Source: Eledone cirrhosa (lineage: Eukaryota). From it: a stretch of 64,000 nt of DNA. Made by a program: the position numbers and the translations under genes. Position 1 is the stretch's first letter. Each line of letters starts with the position of its first letter. The notes under the pieces are model-generated. The model was not told the DNA's origin and made no database searches. It saw only the letters and a program-made list of their open reading frames with translations. This document shows, piece by piece, positions 1-46,025 of the stretch. Location: assembly GCA_964016885.1 (NCBI GenBank), contig OZ024740.1:140368001-140432000 (forward strand), in the 5' to 3' direction.

Positions 1-1491
1 CAAGGAAGTGGTTAAAGGGGGTTATCTGCCGGGAGGCCCTATAATCAATATCTGGAAAAATGAAAGTTCCCATGACCATCCGGAGTACATAAATAACCTA
101 TGTCTTAAGTTTGGTGAAAATACTGTAGAAATGCATAAGGTTTATACACGCGCGCGATCGTGTGTGTGTGTGTGTGTTTGTGAGAGGGGGGGGGGGGGTA
201 TTTGTGTGTGCGTATGTATGTGTATGTCCGTCGGGGCATACGTATGTACTGGCCTAAATCTTCACTATTTACTTTTACTATTTTAATAACCTCTGTCATT
301 TTCGTTTTCAATTTTATTTACATCATTCTTAAACTCCGGGGCTGGAAATCATTATTTTAAATAGAATATTAGTCTAACGACTCCATTTATACCATAAACT
401 TGGTCTTGTCTTTGCATGAAATTGTTCTTCTCGCTCCACATAACGTATTATCCTCGCTTTTTTTCCCGTTCATTGCCAGGGAACGTCTTCACGAACCAAA
501 ATATCATCTTCCTGTTTTCGTTCAGTTGGAACGTTTCTCGAAATATTTACTTCTGCGTTCACAGATTACTCTCAGTTCAATTTGAATGGGAAATTCCTGT
601 TTCATCGATTTTCACTGTAACCATGGAAGCTTGTAGCTTGAAAGTCGACCCAACGCCTCCTCGGGTCATTCTGCATAACTGTGTAAATTTTTGCTGCATT
701 CCACCAAGCAGTTTCGAAGTTTATCTGACTACACCTACCTACTTAAATATACAACATCCAACCACTTCCAATTTATATAGTAGATATATAGTATCAACAG
801 AAAATGCACACTGAAAACCTTTTACATAATACAAACAACATATCAAGAGGATTTGGTTTTCCTCTTCAGCACTTAGGAGTATATCAGCACTATACAGCTT
901 TTGACACTCTACAAGTTTTTCCTCACCAATATCTCCCATTCCCATCACAAGAAATAACAAGCTAAACCTCATTACAAAACAAGACTGATGCAGTACACGA
1001 ACAGGAGGAGTCTCCCACACAGAACCTCCACAAAAATAAGAAAACAGTGATTCACTCACCTCAGGAACATGGAGTTGCACTAGGTGATGCAGTAGAAATT
1101 TGAATGAAACTCCCAAGAAATAATCATAATAATTTCTTATACAGGCACAAAGCCAGAAATTTGAGAGGAAGGTTTAGATGAAAGGCAAGATCGACCTTGG
1201 CGGGATATGAATTCAGAATGCAATGTGCAGGATAAAAAAACACAATATTTGTCAGATGCTCTAAACATTCTGCCAATCCACTGCTCTAAAATAATAATAT
1301 TAATAATTTCTTACATAGGTACAAGGCCAGATATTTTGTGGAGATGGAACAGTTAAATATATTAACCCCAGTACTTGACTAGTACTTTATTTATCAAGAT
1401 AGGTGATGTGAGGAGAAAAGATGAGTCAGTTTGGAGTGCCTGAGTGGATATGGTATAAGTTCAGCAAGTTTTTAGCGAGAAAAAAAAATTA

Positions 1492-34218
<32,727 letters not shown>

Positions 34219-36699
34219 GGTGCCAAAATCAATTTTCACACTCTTGTTAGAGATTCAAAGCTATTGGTTCAAAAAAGAAGATAAAGTAGTTATGGAGCCA
34301 AGATCAAAATCAAATCAAAAATAAGGAAACATAACAAACTACACAAACAGTATATCAACAGAATTGTTAAAGCATCATGGGAAATGTCTTGTGATATTTA
34401 TTCTGGTTCTTTGCATTTTTTAACAGTTTATTGGAGCAATGAGAGAGCAGTAGATAGATAGGTAGTAAAGTTGTTAGAATGTTTGAATTAAATGTTATGA
34501 ATTATTATTCCATTAGGTAGGATGCCATGTGATAATTATTCAAGGTTTTTGTGTTCTGAGTTCAAACTCTGCCATGGTCTACCAGGATGCATTTAGTGGA
34601 GTTCACTCTGTTGCAATAAAGGGAAAAAAAAAGGCATTAATCATAGGGCCAAACGCTCTCAAATTACTCTGATAATGAAACAGATATCACATTCAGGGTT
34701 TTCCCAATATAATGTCCAATATAATGAAAACAAGGTTGTCTGTGTATATAAATGTTTTCTTTTTTAATTTACCAAATATATCAGGCATGGCTAAGTGGTT
34801 AAGAATTTCACTTCACTATCATAACATCCCAGGTTCAATCCCAATGCATAGCATCTTGGTGAAGTGTCATTTAACATAGTCACTGGTGAATCAAAGTCTT
34901 GTGAGTGAAATTGTTTGGAAGCTCATCAGATGGAGTTTACCTGCAATTCAAAAAGTCCAGCTTTCTCTCATACTGAAAGGCAATGTTGATCTCGGTGGGA
35001 TCTGAACTCAGGATGTAAATAGACTCCACACAAATAGTGCTAATCATTTGACAAATACTCTAACACCTCTGCCAACCTCCCATTATCCATCATATCAATA
35101 TATTGTGATCCAAGGATAAAAGAGAAAGTCTATTGAACATTAGAACAACAAATATGCAGTATATTCAAATGATGTCATCCTTCTCCTTATCATTTTACAT
35201 CTGCTTTCCATGTTGACAAGGACCATTATAATCCAAATCAGTTCTTATTTAGAGTTACTGCTCTCCTAGATGAATTGTGGAAAATGTTACACTCCAGACT
35301 TTGGCATGATTTAACACCAACCACTTTGCATTTTATTGTGGCACCAACACTAACACTTTACATGGTATACAAGGAACATTTTGCTGGGGCACCTGCTCTA
35401 GTGAGGTTGTCACAAGCTTATCGTAACTAAAGAGTCTGCTCAAACTCTATATTGTCTCTGAACTTTTATTGTTGCAGTGCTTGCGCTGGTGGGTGGGTCT
35501 TTTGTATTACAGCATATCAGCAATCATCTCAGTCATGAGTCATCTCCTTCATGACGTTCAGTTTTCGAGAGATCATTCTTCATAACTTCATCTCATACCA
35601 ACAGGTTCCATCCACTTTAAGCATTTGGCATCAACCAGCCAGAAACACCATGTCAAAACTATGATAAACACAACTTCATATCATACCTTCCTTAGTCATA
35701 GGTTCCATCCATTGTAAGTGCTTGACACCATCCAGCCAGAAAAAAAAATGCTAAAACTATGATAAACACTATCTACTCCATTTAAACTATAAAAGGGAAC
35801 ACATCTCAATGTTCTAAAGCATTTTGTAAGGCACTCTACCGATTCTACTGGGAAAATTCCACAAAGAACCCATAACCTTTGGAGCACCGATGCTATTAAA
35901 TTGGGAATTTTAAACATGGCGGACCCCATCACTCAACATCTGCCTTGGTGGACACCATTCTTAACTGGAAGATTTGGTGAAGAACTGTTTTCAATATAAA
36001 CAAAGTCTTTTACTTAATTGATTACTTGCTTCAGATTAGCACTGATGAAGCAGACCTATGATAAAAAGATTTTCACTTATGACCATCCCACCTTATTTTC
36101 ATGTAGAGTGTATTTAGATACACACTATCTTGAGTACCCTTCCTTTTCTAAAGATGGTTTGGTATGATTTAAGGGAGATTGGGGTGCTATTTTGAACAGA
36201 TAGAACAACACGTAGAAACTTATTCAATGGCTCATAAAAGAAAGGTATACATCCAAATGATGGTCAGTTCAGACCGATGACACCTGTATACTTGCAGTTT
36301 CTTCTTCACATTCAAGGATGAAAGAAAATGCAAAGTTGACCTTTACCTTATGGTCATTATAATCCAAAAGATAATTGGATAATGACCAAAAGAATAGGAT
36401 TGCGAATACAAAATGAGGTTCCTTCAAAGGGTCTTTGGAGTAATGTTACTTGATAGTGTGTGTAGCTCGGAGATCAGAGTGGCTACTTCACCGAATTGAG
36501 AAACCCCAGCTCTGATATTATGGACATGTGGTTAGGAATCACTGGACAGATTTTACGAGCAAAACCAATAAACAGGAGTCCCAGAGGTAGACCCAGAGCA
36601 AGATGGTTGGATAATATTCCCTAAACCTAACTCTAATCCGGGAAAAAAAGTCTATTGCAAGTATCTAAGAGGTCCAGAAAAATCGAGTTAAGATAATAA

Positions 36700-36884
36700 T
36701 TGTTTCTACTTTTGGCACAAGGCCAGCAATTACACAGTGTATTACTGGTACTTTATTTTATCGACCCCGTAAGGATGAAAGGCAAAGTTAACCTCGGCGG
36801 GATTTGAACTCAGAATGGCAAGGGCCGTAACTCAATGCGTCAAAGCATGGCGTCCGACCCTCTACCGATACTGCCAATCTACCG
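36700..36884 (-). mobile_element. Young MetaSINE-like tRNA SINE with target-site duplication
   Basis: Nearly identical to 30388-30573 and flanked by the direct repeat gataataatt (36692-36701 and 36884-36893). Confidence 0.85.
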
Positions 36885-38419
36885 ATAATAATTCCCGCTG
36901 AACGTGTGTAAATTGGCGAAACTCCGATGGTCTTTTCACCCTACTTTTTCTACAAATCTAGTCGTTTTCGACTGGTTTGGGAGTCATATTCGTTGATAGT
37001 AGGCGAAAAAGAAATTGTATAAAATACTTCAGGGGGTGGGGGTCGATTGCCAGCATCTTGATGGTTAGATTATTTGATAGCACACGGGGAAAAAAAGAGG
37101 AAAACATTTTTTCACACTGAAATCCAGTGGGGTGTACAATAAATTAACCAAAATTTTTCCTCACTTTCTTTTCACTTTTTGAACCGTTTAACTATCAATT
37201 TATCTTGTTGATAATAAAATGTATAAGAGTAGAGATAGATAAACGTTAAGAGCAAGAGGTTATCTTAATTAGTCTATAATAATTATTTCTACTTTACTGC
37301 CAATTCACCGTCTATAATAATACTAAATTGTTTAGATATGGTGTGTACCGTAAAAGGGTTATTAACCTCATGGTAAACTGACTTGTCAACTCAAAATCTA
37401 ATTTATTTTTCTTCTTGTATCACCCCCTCCGCTCTTCGGAAAAAAGGTTGATTGCCAATGGAGGTTAGATTAGTTGATAGCACACGAAAAAAAAAAAGAG
37501 GAAAAAAAATGTTATCGCAGTAAAAGCGAGTGGGGTGTACTTCTATAATAATAACATTTAAAAAAAAATATATGACTTTTGAATATGAGGCTATCATTGA
37601 AGAAACTAAACTCCCTTAAGAGGAAGAAATGTATTTGAACAAAAAAAATCGGCACTACAACGCTATTAGCTGTCAGTCGAAGCAGCCGATGAAAGCAAAA
37701 CATCGTTTATTTCCGTATTACTACCACGCGTAAGTGGAGTTACTTAAATGAAATTTTTTTTTTTCACGCGTTTTTTTTATTTTTTTTATTAAAGCATATA
37801 GATGTAAGTGGAGTTACTTAAATGAAAATATAGGTGGCCCTTAAATATATATGTGTGTATGTGTGTGCTTGGAATATTTACCAATGGTTGGTATATCGAT
37901 GAACCTTTGATAGGCTTATACAGAATTAATGGATCTCGTATCGGTTCCTTTCGTTCGATCACCAAGAACTACCCACACATTTGAATTTATAATGTAAATG
38001 GTTAATTGTTTCACAAACACTTGTACTCCCCCATATACACATACTATGTGGGCACTCAGTTTGCTAGAAATAACAGCCAATTCTTTCCACCCACCTTAAA
38101 ATAAATATTAAGAAAGAACACGATGTCCGATAATGTACTTATTAGATGCACCTAAAACGACGGGATGGTCGTGGCTGGAATACCGTTGATCATAATGGAA
38201 TTCTGTGGTTTAGTCAAGGTTGACCTAGGGCTAAACAACAACCTTTGCCCCTCAGGTGAAGGGGCCTTACTATCATGGAACAGGAATATTGTGATGGAAT
38301 ATTGTGATCGGGAATATTGTGATTTTCCCGATTTTAGAATTATTCCAGTTTATCATTTTTCCGAATTTACAAGGAAAAAATACGTATATACGTATAGACA
38401 CATTCAAAAAATTTAGAGG

Positions 38420-38525
38420 TAATATGACGTGAACACAATCACGTGACAAATCACATTATTCTTTCAAAAGGAAAAGTTTGGTGCCATTTTTCTTTCAAAA
38501 GGAAAAGTTTGGCGCCAAAATTGCC
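38420..38525. promoter_or_regulatory. Putative promoter motif cluster
   Basis: TGACGT (38425), TCACGTGAC E-box/CLEAR-like (38439-38447), GCCATTTT YY1-like (38483-38490) and palindromic TTTGGCGCCAAA E2F-like (38508-38519). The last two sit within a 31-bp direct duplication. Confidence 0.4.
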
Positions 38526-38774
38526 TTATACACGCTGAGAAACCGAGATTTTTCCATTTCTGTCAACAACTTACTGGCGAAACAACCCTTTGGATTTGGA
38601 CGTGTGTTATATAGTTATAGAGGTATTTATTTACGCTTTAATTTATATTTTTAATTATCGTGTCTATAGTCTGCCTTTCATAGGTTATAGATTCCATACA
38701 CTGGTGGTTTTTTCCCTGTTTTATTGATAGCGCACTGTATATGTCTCTCTAGTGTGTTACATTTTTCAACATAT

Positions 38775-38945
38775 TGTTATGAAGTTCATCTATCCTCAAT
38801 ATAACTTTATTTTATTGCATATCTTTCTTTTCTTACAAATATTATTGTTATATTTCTTCAAGACTAATTACTGTTTTTATATTCTAGATATTGAATAAAA
38901 GCTTGGAATTGGAGCTTTAGTTTTGCAATATTAGAACGCACAACA
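38775..38945 (+). repeat. 5' LTR
   Basis: Direct repeat of 41457-41627. Confidence 0.97.
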
Positions 38946-41456
38946 ATTTTATTCAATATCTACTCAGATAATTCGTAGTTTTGTTTAGCATCCCATACAT
39001 ACATGTATCCAATGGTTTGTAATCGTTATGTTTTACCTGCACACAGGAAAAATAGGTAGATATCCAATTGTTGTCGCTGTTAAATGACAAATATTATTTA
39101 CTCTGTGAGCCTTTGTCATCGTTGTACCCTTTTAATACTATGTACGTTAGTTAAGAACGATGAATACATTTATTCTCCCTCTCTCTCTCTGTTAATCTAC
39201 CTATCTATCAATCCAGCGCTTTTTCTCTATTTCGGTATACATGTATATATGTGTGTGAGTGTATTTGAATTTCTTCTCTAACGAAGTCTATAAATTTCAA
39301 TATGATATTTGTTACAACTGTTTCGTTCCGAGACTAGACGTTTTGTGGTATTCGTTTCCACCCTTACTCTACCTTCAAAGCTTGCTACATTCTCAATAAC
39401 AATGGCTCAATTAAAAATTCCACATCCAACATTCCCAAATGACCCCCACATCCGAGCAATGGCGATGGTGGCGGAAGTGTTTTGTGGATTCCCTACTCAT
39501 AAACGGCATAGTAGAGGACAACCATAAATTGACATACCTTCGTTCACAAGCTGGGGCCGACCTATTTAGTTTACTCGAATCTGCAGAAAACTTCAACGAA
39601 GCACTAATCACCCTGGATACTCAATTCTTAGCCCCCAGTCGTATACTCTATGCCAGACATCAACTCCTAACATGCCACCAAAAGCAAGAAGAAACCATCC
39701 GAGAGTTTATTAAAAGACTCAACCTTTTAGTGGAAAAATGTAACTGTAAAGCCATCACAACTAAAGACCACAGAGATATGTTGATCCTGGATTCACTAGT
39801 AGCAGGAGTCCAATCAGACGCTATACGAGCACGTCTCCTAGAGCTGGACGATACTCAAGCAAACCTAAAAGACTGCATAGCAATGGCAAATGCAATAGAA
39901 CTATCCAGTGATTTTACTAAATCATTCAACCTAGACGTCTCTCTGAATTCATCAACACTGTCAACTACATCCTCTCAAGAACCTACCGTAGCAGCTACAA
40001 AATCAAAACAACCTCTTCTGAAATACTTGAAAAATGCTAATTCCCAAAGTGAATTTAAATGCTTTTTTTTGTGGACTTTCTAGGCATCCTAGAAATAAAT
40101 GCCCAGCTAGAAAAGACAATCAACTGTGGAGCGAGAAGCTATGGCTATTATTGAAGCTGTACGGAGATGGTCGCAATACGTGAAGTGTTTTTATACGATT
40201 ATACGGACTGACCAAAAATCAGTAGCCTTCATTTTCTCGAGTAATAAATCACGAATCAAAAATGATAAAATATCTCGCTGGCGTTTAGAACTATCAGAGC
40301 ATCAATTTGACATTGACTACAAACCCGGCTACCTCAACACCCAAGCCGATTGTCTTTCAAGAATCGCTGCAGCTATATGGCCACCCTGTGATTTAAAAGT
40401 ATTCCACGACCAACTAGCACACCCAGGAGTAACTAGATTTTACGATTATATCCGACGCCATAACCTGCCCTTTTCCGTAGACGAAATCCGCGACGTCGTC
40501 AAAAACTGCGTATCATGTTTGGAGTGCAAGCCAAAATTCTTCAAGCCTCCATCTGCTAAACTCAAAATCTTCAAAAGCAGGAAACATATACTTATTGACT
40601 GCAGTAGACGAATTCAGCAGATTCCCTTTTGCTTTCGGTATGCGTGACATCACCTCAAACACTGTCATTAACTGTCTCAAAAAAATCTTCTCAATATTCG
40701 GAGCTCCCTCATTCATACACTCCGATCGAGGAACTCAGTTTCTCTCCAAAGAATTCGATCATTTCTGCTTGTCCAATGGTATATCCCACACGCGCACTTC
40801 GCCGTACCATCCACAAGGAAATGGCCAAAACGAGCGCTACAACGGAGTCCTCTGGAAAGGAATTCAATGCATAATTAACTCGCGCAAACTTAAAGAAACT
40901 AAGTGGGAAGATATCATACCAGAAGTTCTTGCCTCGCAACGATCACTTCTCTGTACAGCGACTAATGAGACACCCCATAACCGCATATTTAGATTCGATC
41001 GAAAGGGTTCCTTAGGATTTTCCCTACCAGATTGGCTTAGAGTTGGAAACGACGCCTATATTAGAAACTTTATTCGTACAAAGAACGACCCATTAGTGAA
41101 TAAAGTTATTATCGAACAGATGGTGAATGCTAATTTCGCGGTTGTCAGATATCAAAATGGAAGATCTAGTACAGTCTCAACAGCAGACCTCTCCCCTGGC
41201 CCAATTAATTGTCAAAATAATGACAATCAATCCATCCAAGAAAACAGTTCGATTAGCAGTCCTGCTGATATGCCGAGACCACTTAACATCGACCACAGTA
41301 ACGATCTACTCTTAGATGAAACCGTGATTGATTTAAATCCCGTGGCAAATAGCACTAGCATCCTACCGCAAGTTCCTGTTGACCCCGTGAGACGAAGCAA
41401 TCGTATACGCGTAGCCCCCAAGCGCTATATTGAAGAACAATAAAATCGGCGAAGAA

Positions 41457-41627
41457 TGTTATGAAGTTCATCTATCCTCAATATAACTTTGTTTTATTGC
41501 ATATCTTTCTTTTCTTACAAATATTATTGTTATATTTCTTCAAGACTAATTACTGTTTTTATATTCTAGATATTGAATAAAAGCTTGGAATTGGAGCTTT
41601 AGTTTTGCAATATTAGAACGCACAACA
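41457..41627 (+). repeat. 3' LTR
   Basis: Direct repeat of 38775-38945. Confidence 0.97.
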
Positions 41628-41842
41628 CATATTGTATTTTAAAGAGCTCAGGATTTCTTCTCCTTTGAGCGCATTATTTACAGGGAATGGCGAGGGTCTA
41701 TGGCTCCGTTAATTTATCGTGATATTTCGCTCCTTATAGCAGTCTTTCCTATCCCTCTGTTTGGTTGAGCACACTTCTCTGAGTGGTTTTGGGCTGCCCT
41801 TTCTAGCAGCTCGTCCCTCAGAGGCCACTGGTTCAATGCACA

Positions 41843-42290
41843 TCGTCCTTATTAAAGCAGTGGTTAGCTTTGTTGACCCCATGACAAGCTTCTCGAGTTT
41901 TCCAAGATCATCTGTATCATCCTTATTAAAGCAGTGGTTAGCTTTACGGACCCCATGAGAAGCTTCTCTAGTTTTCCAAGATCATTTGTATCATCCTTAT
42001 TAAAGTAATGGTTAGCTTTATGGACCCCATGACAAGCTTCTCTAGTTTACCCAGATCATTTGTATCATCCTTATTAAAGCAGCAGTTAGCTTTACGGACC
42101 CCATGACAAGCTTCTCTAGTTTTCCCAGATCATTTGTATAATCCTTATTAAAGCAGTGGTTAGATTTTACAGACCCCATGACAAGCTTCTCTAGTTTTCC
42201 CAGATCATTTGTATCATCCTTATTAAAGCAGTGGTTAGATTTTACGGACCCCCATGACAAGCTTCTCTTGTTTTTCCAGATCATTTGTAT
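41843..42290. repeat. 74-bp minisatellite, 6 units
   Basis: ccttattaaag recurs at 41847, 41921, 41995, 42069, 42143 and 42218. Confidence 0.95.
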
Positions 42291-42791
42291 CTCTTTCACC
42301 AAACTTCTGTTGGTGATAAGAAGGGCATAACCATAATATTACATCCAATTATCTCTGTTAAAAATACTTAATTAGAGCAACTGTTTTCTAAGATGGAACA
42401 GGGGACACATTTCATATACATTCCTGTCAGTTTTGGCATGGTTTCTACAGCTAGATACTCTTTCTAGTACCAACTACTTTGATTGGTATTAGAAAGGGTA
42501 TCTAGCTCAACCTACACTATATTGTTATGATTCAATACAAACATTTATCAAGCCAGTAAAATCCTACCAAAACTATGTCAAAACATGTTATATTTGGAAA
42601 AATTGAAAGATCTGAAAAAAAAAAAAAAAAAAAAAGGTTTCATGTATTTGTTCTAATTAGGCAAGATTCCATTCCTTGAAACTTGAATATTTGTAAATAA
42701 ATTCTCCAGAAATAAAGTCACACTCTAATTATATTTAGTACCGAATATACTTCCATTTTTTATTGATAAAATATTGAGGAATACAGTTTAT

Positions 42792-43600
42792 TTAACCCTT
42801 TAGCAGATAAACCAGCTATATCTGACCAGAATTCGCTCATCTCTTTCTGTTCAAACCGGCTGTGTCCGGCTGCTCATACTGATGTTAAGGTATTATTCTC
42901 AACATAAATAATATCAAAATCTCAGATTCGATATTATGTGAGATAATTATGTGAGATAATTACCATGAAAATATAATAGTAAATATAGAGTAATGTAAAT
43001 GCTAAAGGGTTAACCCTGTAGCATTTAAACTGGCCGTATCTGACCAGAATTCTCTCACCTCTTTCTGTTCAAACCAGCTGTAACTGGCCACTTGTATTTA
43101 TGCTAAGGTATTGTTCTCAAAATAAATAATATCAAAATCTCATAGATTTGATATCATGTTAGATAAAAATACAAGAGTATATATAGAGTAATGGTTAAAT
43201 CCTATATATAGAGTAAAGGTTAAATCCTTTCATTACCAGGAGAGTTAATGCTTATGAGTTTCAAATAATTTCGAAATGTATGAAGACTTTTGAGTGTTTT
43301 AGTAATATATAAGATTTTTAGGTAGATAAACCCTTTTGTTTCCATATTTCTAATGAAAGACACTGTTTATGTTTCAAATATTCAAGAATTTGGAGTGATT
43401 TAACTAACTTTTTCATAATTAAGCTGGTGTTTGGAATATAATTTAACCCTTTAGCATTTAAACTGGCTGTATCCGGCCAGAATTCTCTCAGCTCTTTCTG
43501 TTCAGACCAGCCATAACTAGCTACTCATACTGATTTTAAGGTATTGTTCTCAAAATAAATAATATCAAAATATCATAGACTCGATATTATGTGAGATAAA
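42792..43600. mobile_element. piggyBac-type MITE array (three related ~200-bp units)
   Basis: TTAA|CCCTTTAGCA...TGCTAAAGGG|TTAA (42796-43009). The second unit starts at 43014 on the shared TTAA and the third at 43447. Confidence 0.75.
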
Positions 43601-43629
43601 GCCTTTAGTGTGTTACCGTTTCAACATAT

Positions 43630-43666
<37 letters not shown>

Positions 43667-44199
43667 ATGAATCTCTATATATGTATATATATATATGTAT
43701 GTATATCTATATATATGTGTGTATGTATGTATATATATGTATGTATGTATATATATGTGTGTATGTATATATATGTGTGTATGTATATATATGTGTGTAT
43801 GTATATATATGTGTGTGTATGCATATATGTGTGTGTATGCATATGTATGTGTGTGTATGCATATATGTGTGTGTATGCATGTGTGTATATATGTGTGTGT
43901 ATGCATATATGTGTGTATGTATATATATGTGTTGTATACATATGTATATATATATATGAAGATAAATTAACGGAGCCATAGAGTCGCGTTATTCCCTGTA
44001 AATTATGTGCTCAAAGGGAAAGGAATCCTATACATATTGTATATGTATATATATATATGCATGTATATATATGTATATGTGTATATATATGCATGTATAT
44101 GTGTATTTGTATATATGTATATGTGTGTATGTATGTATATATATGAATATATATATGTATATATATAGATGTAATCTGAATTTTATAGATGTAATCTGA

Positions 44200-44656
44200 A
44201 TAGTATGGTAGAATATTAAGTGTTAAATGTTAATTGAACAAGTATTTTCATGCTTTCACAATCTTCAGGTTCATGATATGTGGTGACAGTCGAGTTTGCA
44301 ATTTTCAACTGTAATGAGATGGGTAAATTGTGTGCCTTATATACAGTGAAAAGCGACTACAGAATGCTACATTTTGCAAACTGTATTTCGACCAATTGGT
44401 GTGTAGTTTCACTGGATTACTGAAGCTGATTGGTTTAGGTGTCATGGTTGGTTGAGCATGTCTAACGACTTCTATTTGGCTCTATCCAAAGCATCAATTG
44501 TTTTGCTATTTTTAGAAATGATGTAAATAACATTTTCTAGGGTTTTTATACCCCTAAGAATTATTATTGTTCATTTAGCTATGAACCTGAAGATTGCGAA
44601 AGCATGAAATTACTTGTTCAATTAACATTTAACACTTAATATTCTACCATACTATT
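44200..44656. mobile_element. Element with ~75-bp terminal inverted repeats
   Basis: 44200-44275 is the near-perfect reverse complement of 44581-44656. Confidence 0.8.
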
Positions 44657-45694
44657 TCATTCTAATACCATTATAATTTTAAAGGATTGTAAATAAAACG
44701 AGTAAATCAGACACAGTTGGAATTCCTTTTATTAATATAACCTTCTATACACAATCATACACACCCGTGTATATTTATTTATATATATATGTATATATAT
44801 ATATATATATAGCTTTTAAGCTATTTTGTAGTACCTCTGTTCAGGAACACACCACTTATATTAAATTTATCTCCCTGGAGCTTCATAAAAGTCTGAGAGA
44901 TTGGCTACATATATGGTTTATATATATATTTTTTTTGTTTAGATGGAAGACAAAACAAAGAAGATGACTACAAAGATGAAGAAGAGAAAGATAAAGATGA
45001 AGAACCTCACTGCACAACACCACACTGCACCACACCACATCGCTGTAAACCGCACCACATCACACTAGACTTCACCACACCACATAAAAACATACACTAC
45101 ACCACACAACTCCATACCACATAACACCACAACACAACACAACACACCACTCCACACCACAACACAACACACCACTCATCACTACAACACACCACACTAC
45201 TCCACATAAAAACACACCACACTACTCCACACCACATAACACCACAACACAACACACCACACCTCACTACATCACACCACATAAAAACACACCACACTAC
45301 TCCACACCACATAACACCCAAAATATTTTCCTCATCTTTTTTTCATGTGTTATCAACTAATCTGATCTCCAAGATGTTTGTTATTGACTCTCTCTTCATG
45401 GAAAACTTAGGTGGATGCACTTCTCTCATTTAACCCCAGAGTTTTCTCTAAGATTTTTTGTATGTTATCAACGTATATGACCTCCAAACCAGTTGGAAAT
45501 GATTAGTTGTTCTAGAAAAAAGGAGGGGTAAAGCAGGTGGAAAAACCATTGTCGTTTTGTAGATATATACCCTAATGATTTTTCTTCGGTCTCCTTTTGA
45601 GTGCTATCAACTAATCTGACCTTTTAGTTGCTCTGAATCAATTTTTTTTTCCTGGGATTTAGAAACTAAAACTAAATTAAACATAAAATTAAAT

Positions 45695-46025
45695 CTAGCC
45701 CCAACCCTAAACTCTAAATCTAAATCAAACCAAGCTAAATCTAAATATAAACATTACCCAAACCCTTAAACTAAACCCTAAACTATACCCCAACCATAAA
45801 ACTAAACCCTAAACATTACCCCAACCCTAAAACTAAACCCTAAACTTTACCCCAAACCTAAAACTAAACCCTAAACTTTACCCCAAACCTAAAACTAAAG
45901 TCTAAACTTTACCCCAACCCTAAAACTAGACCCTAAACATTACCCCAACCCTAAAACTAAACCCTAAACTTTACCCCAACCCTAAAACTAAACCCTAAAT
46001 ATTACCCCAACCCTAAACCTAACCC
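45695..46025 (+). repeat. Telomere-like (CCCTAA-derived) ~29-bp tandem array
   Basis: The unit ccctaaaactaaaccctaaac(a/t)ttaccccaa is repeated about 10 times. Confidence 0.85.

Larger units (their letters stand above)
38775..41627 (+). mobile_element. Ty3/Gypsy LTR retrotransposon, internally deleted (gag, RNase H tail and integrase remain; no PR/RT)
   Basis: 171-bp TG...CA LTRs at 38775-38945 and 41457-41627 with one visible mismatch. TSD CATAT (38770-38774, 41628-41632). PPT-like ggcgaagaa. RNase H EREAMAII...TDQKS...ADCLSR, integrase HHCC and VDEFSRF/HSDRGTQF/PQGNGQNER motifs. Confidence 0.97.

Noticed and set aside
400-1116. ORFs 416..814 (+) and 739..1116 (-) as genes
   Set aside because: No recognisable domain or splice support. 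The region is probably ALPK1-like 3' UTR or flank plus a repeat fragment.
41843-42290. 74-bp array as CRISPR or a coding repeat
   Set aside because: No variable spacers, and the unit length is not a multiple of 3.
45695-46025. True telomere or fusion site
   Set aside because: No pure (TTAGGG)n and no head-to-head junction. It is a degenerate 29-mer enclosed by element arms.
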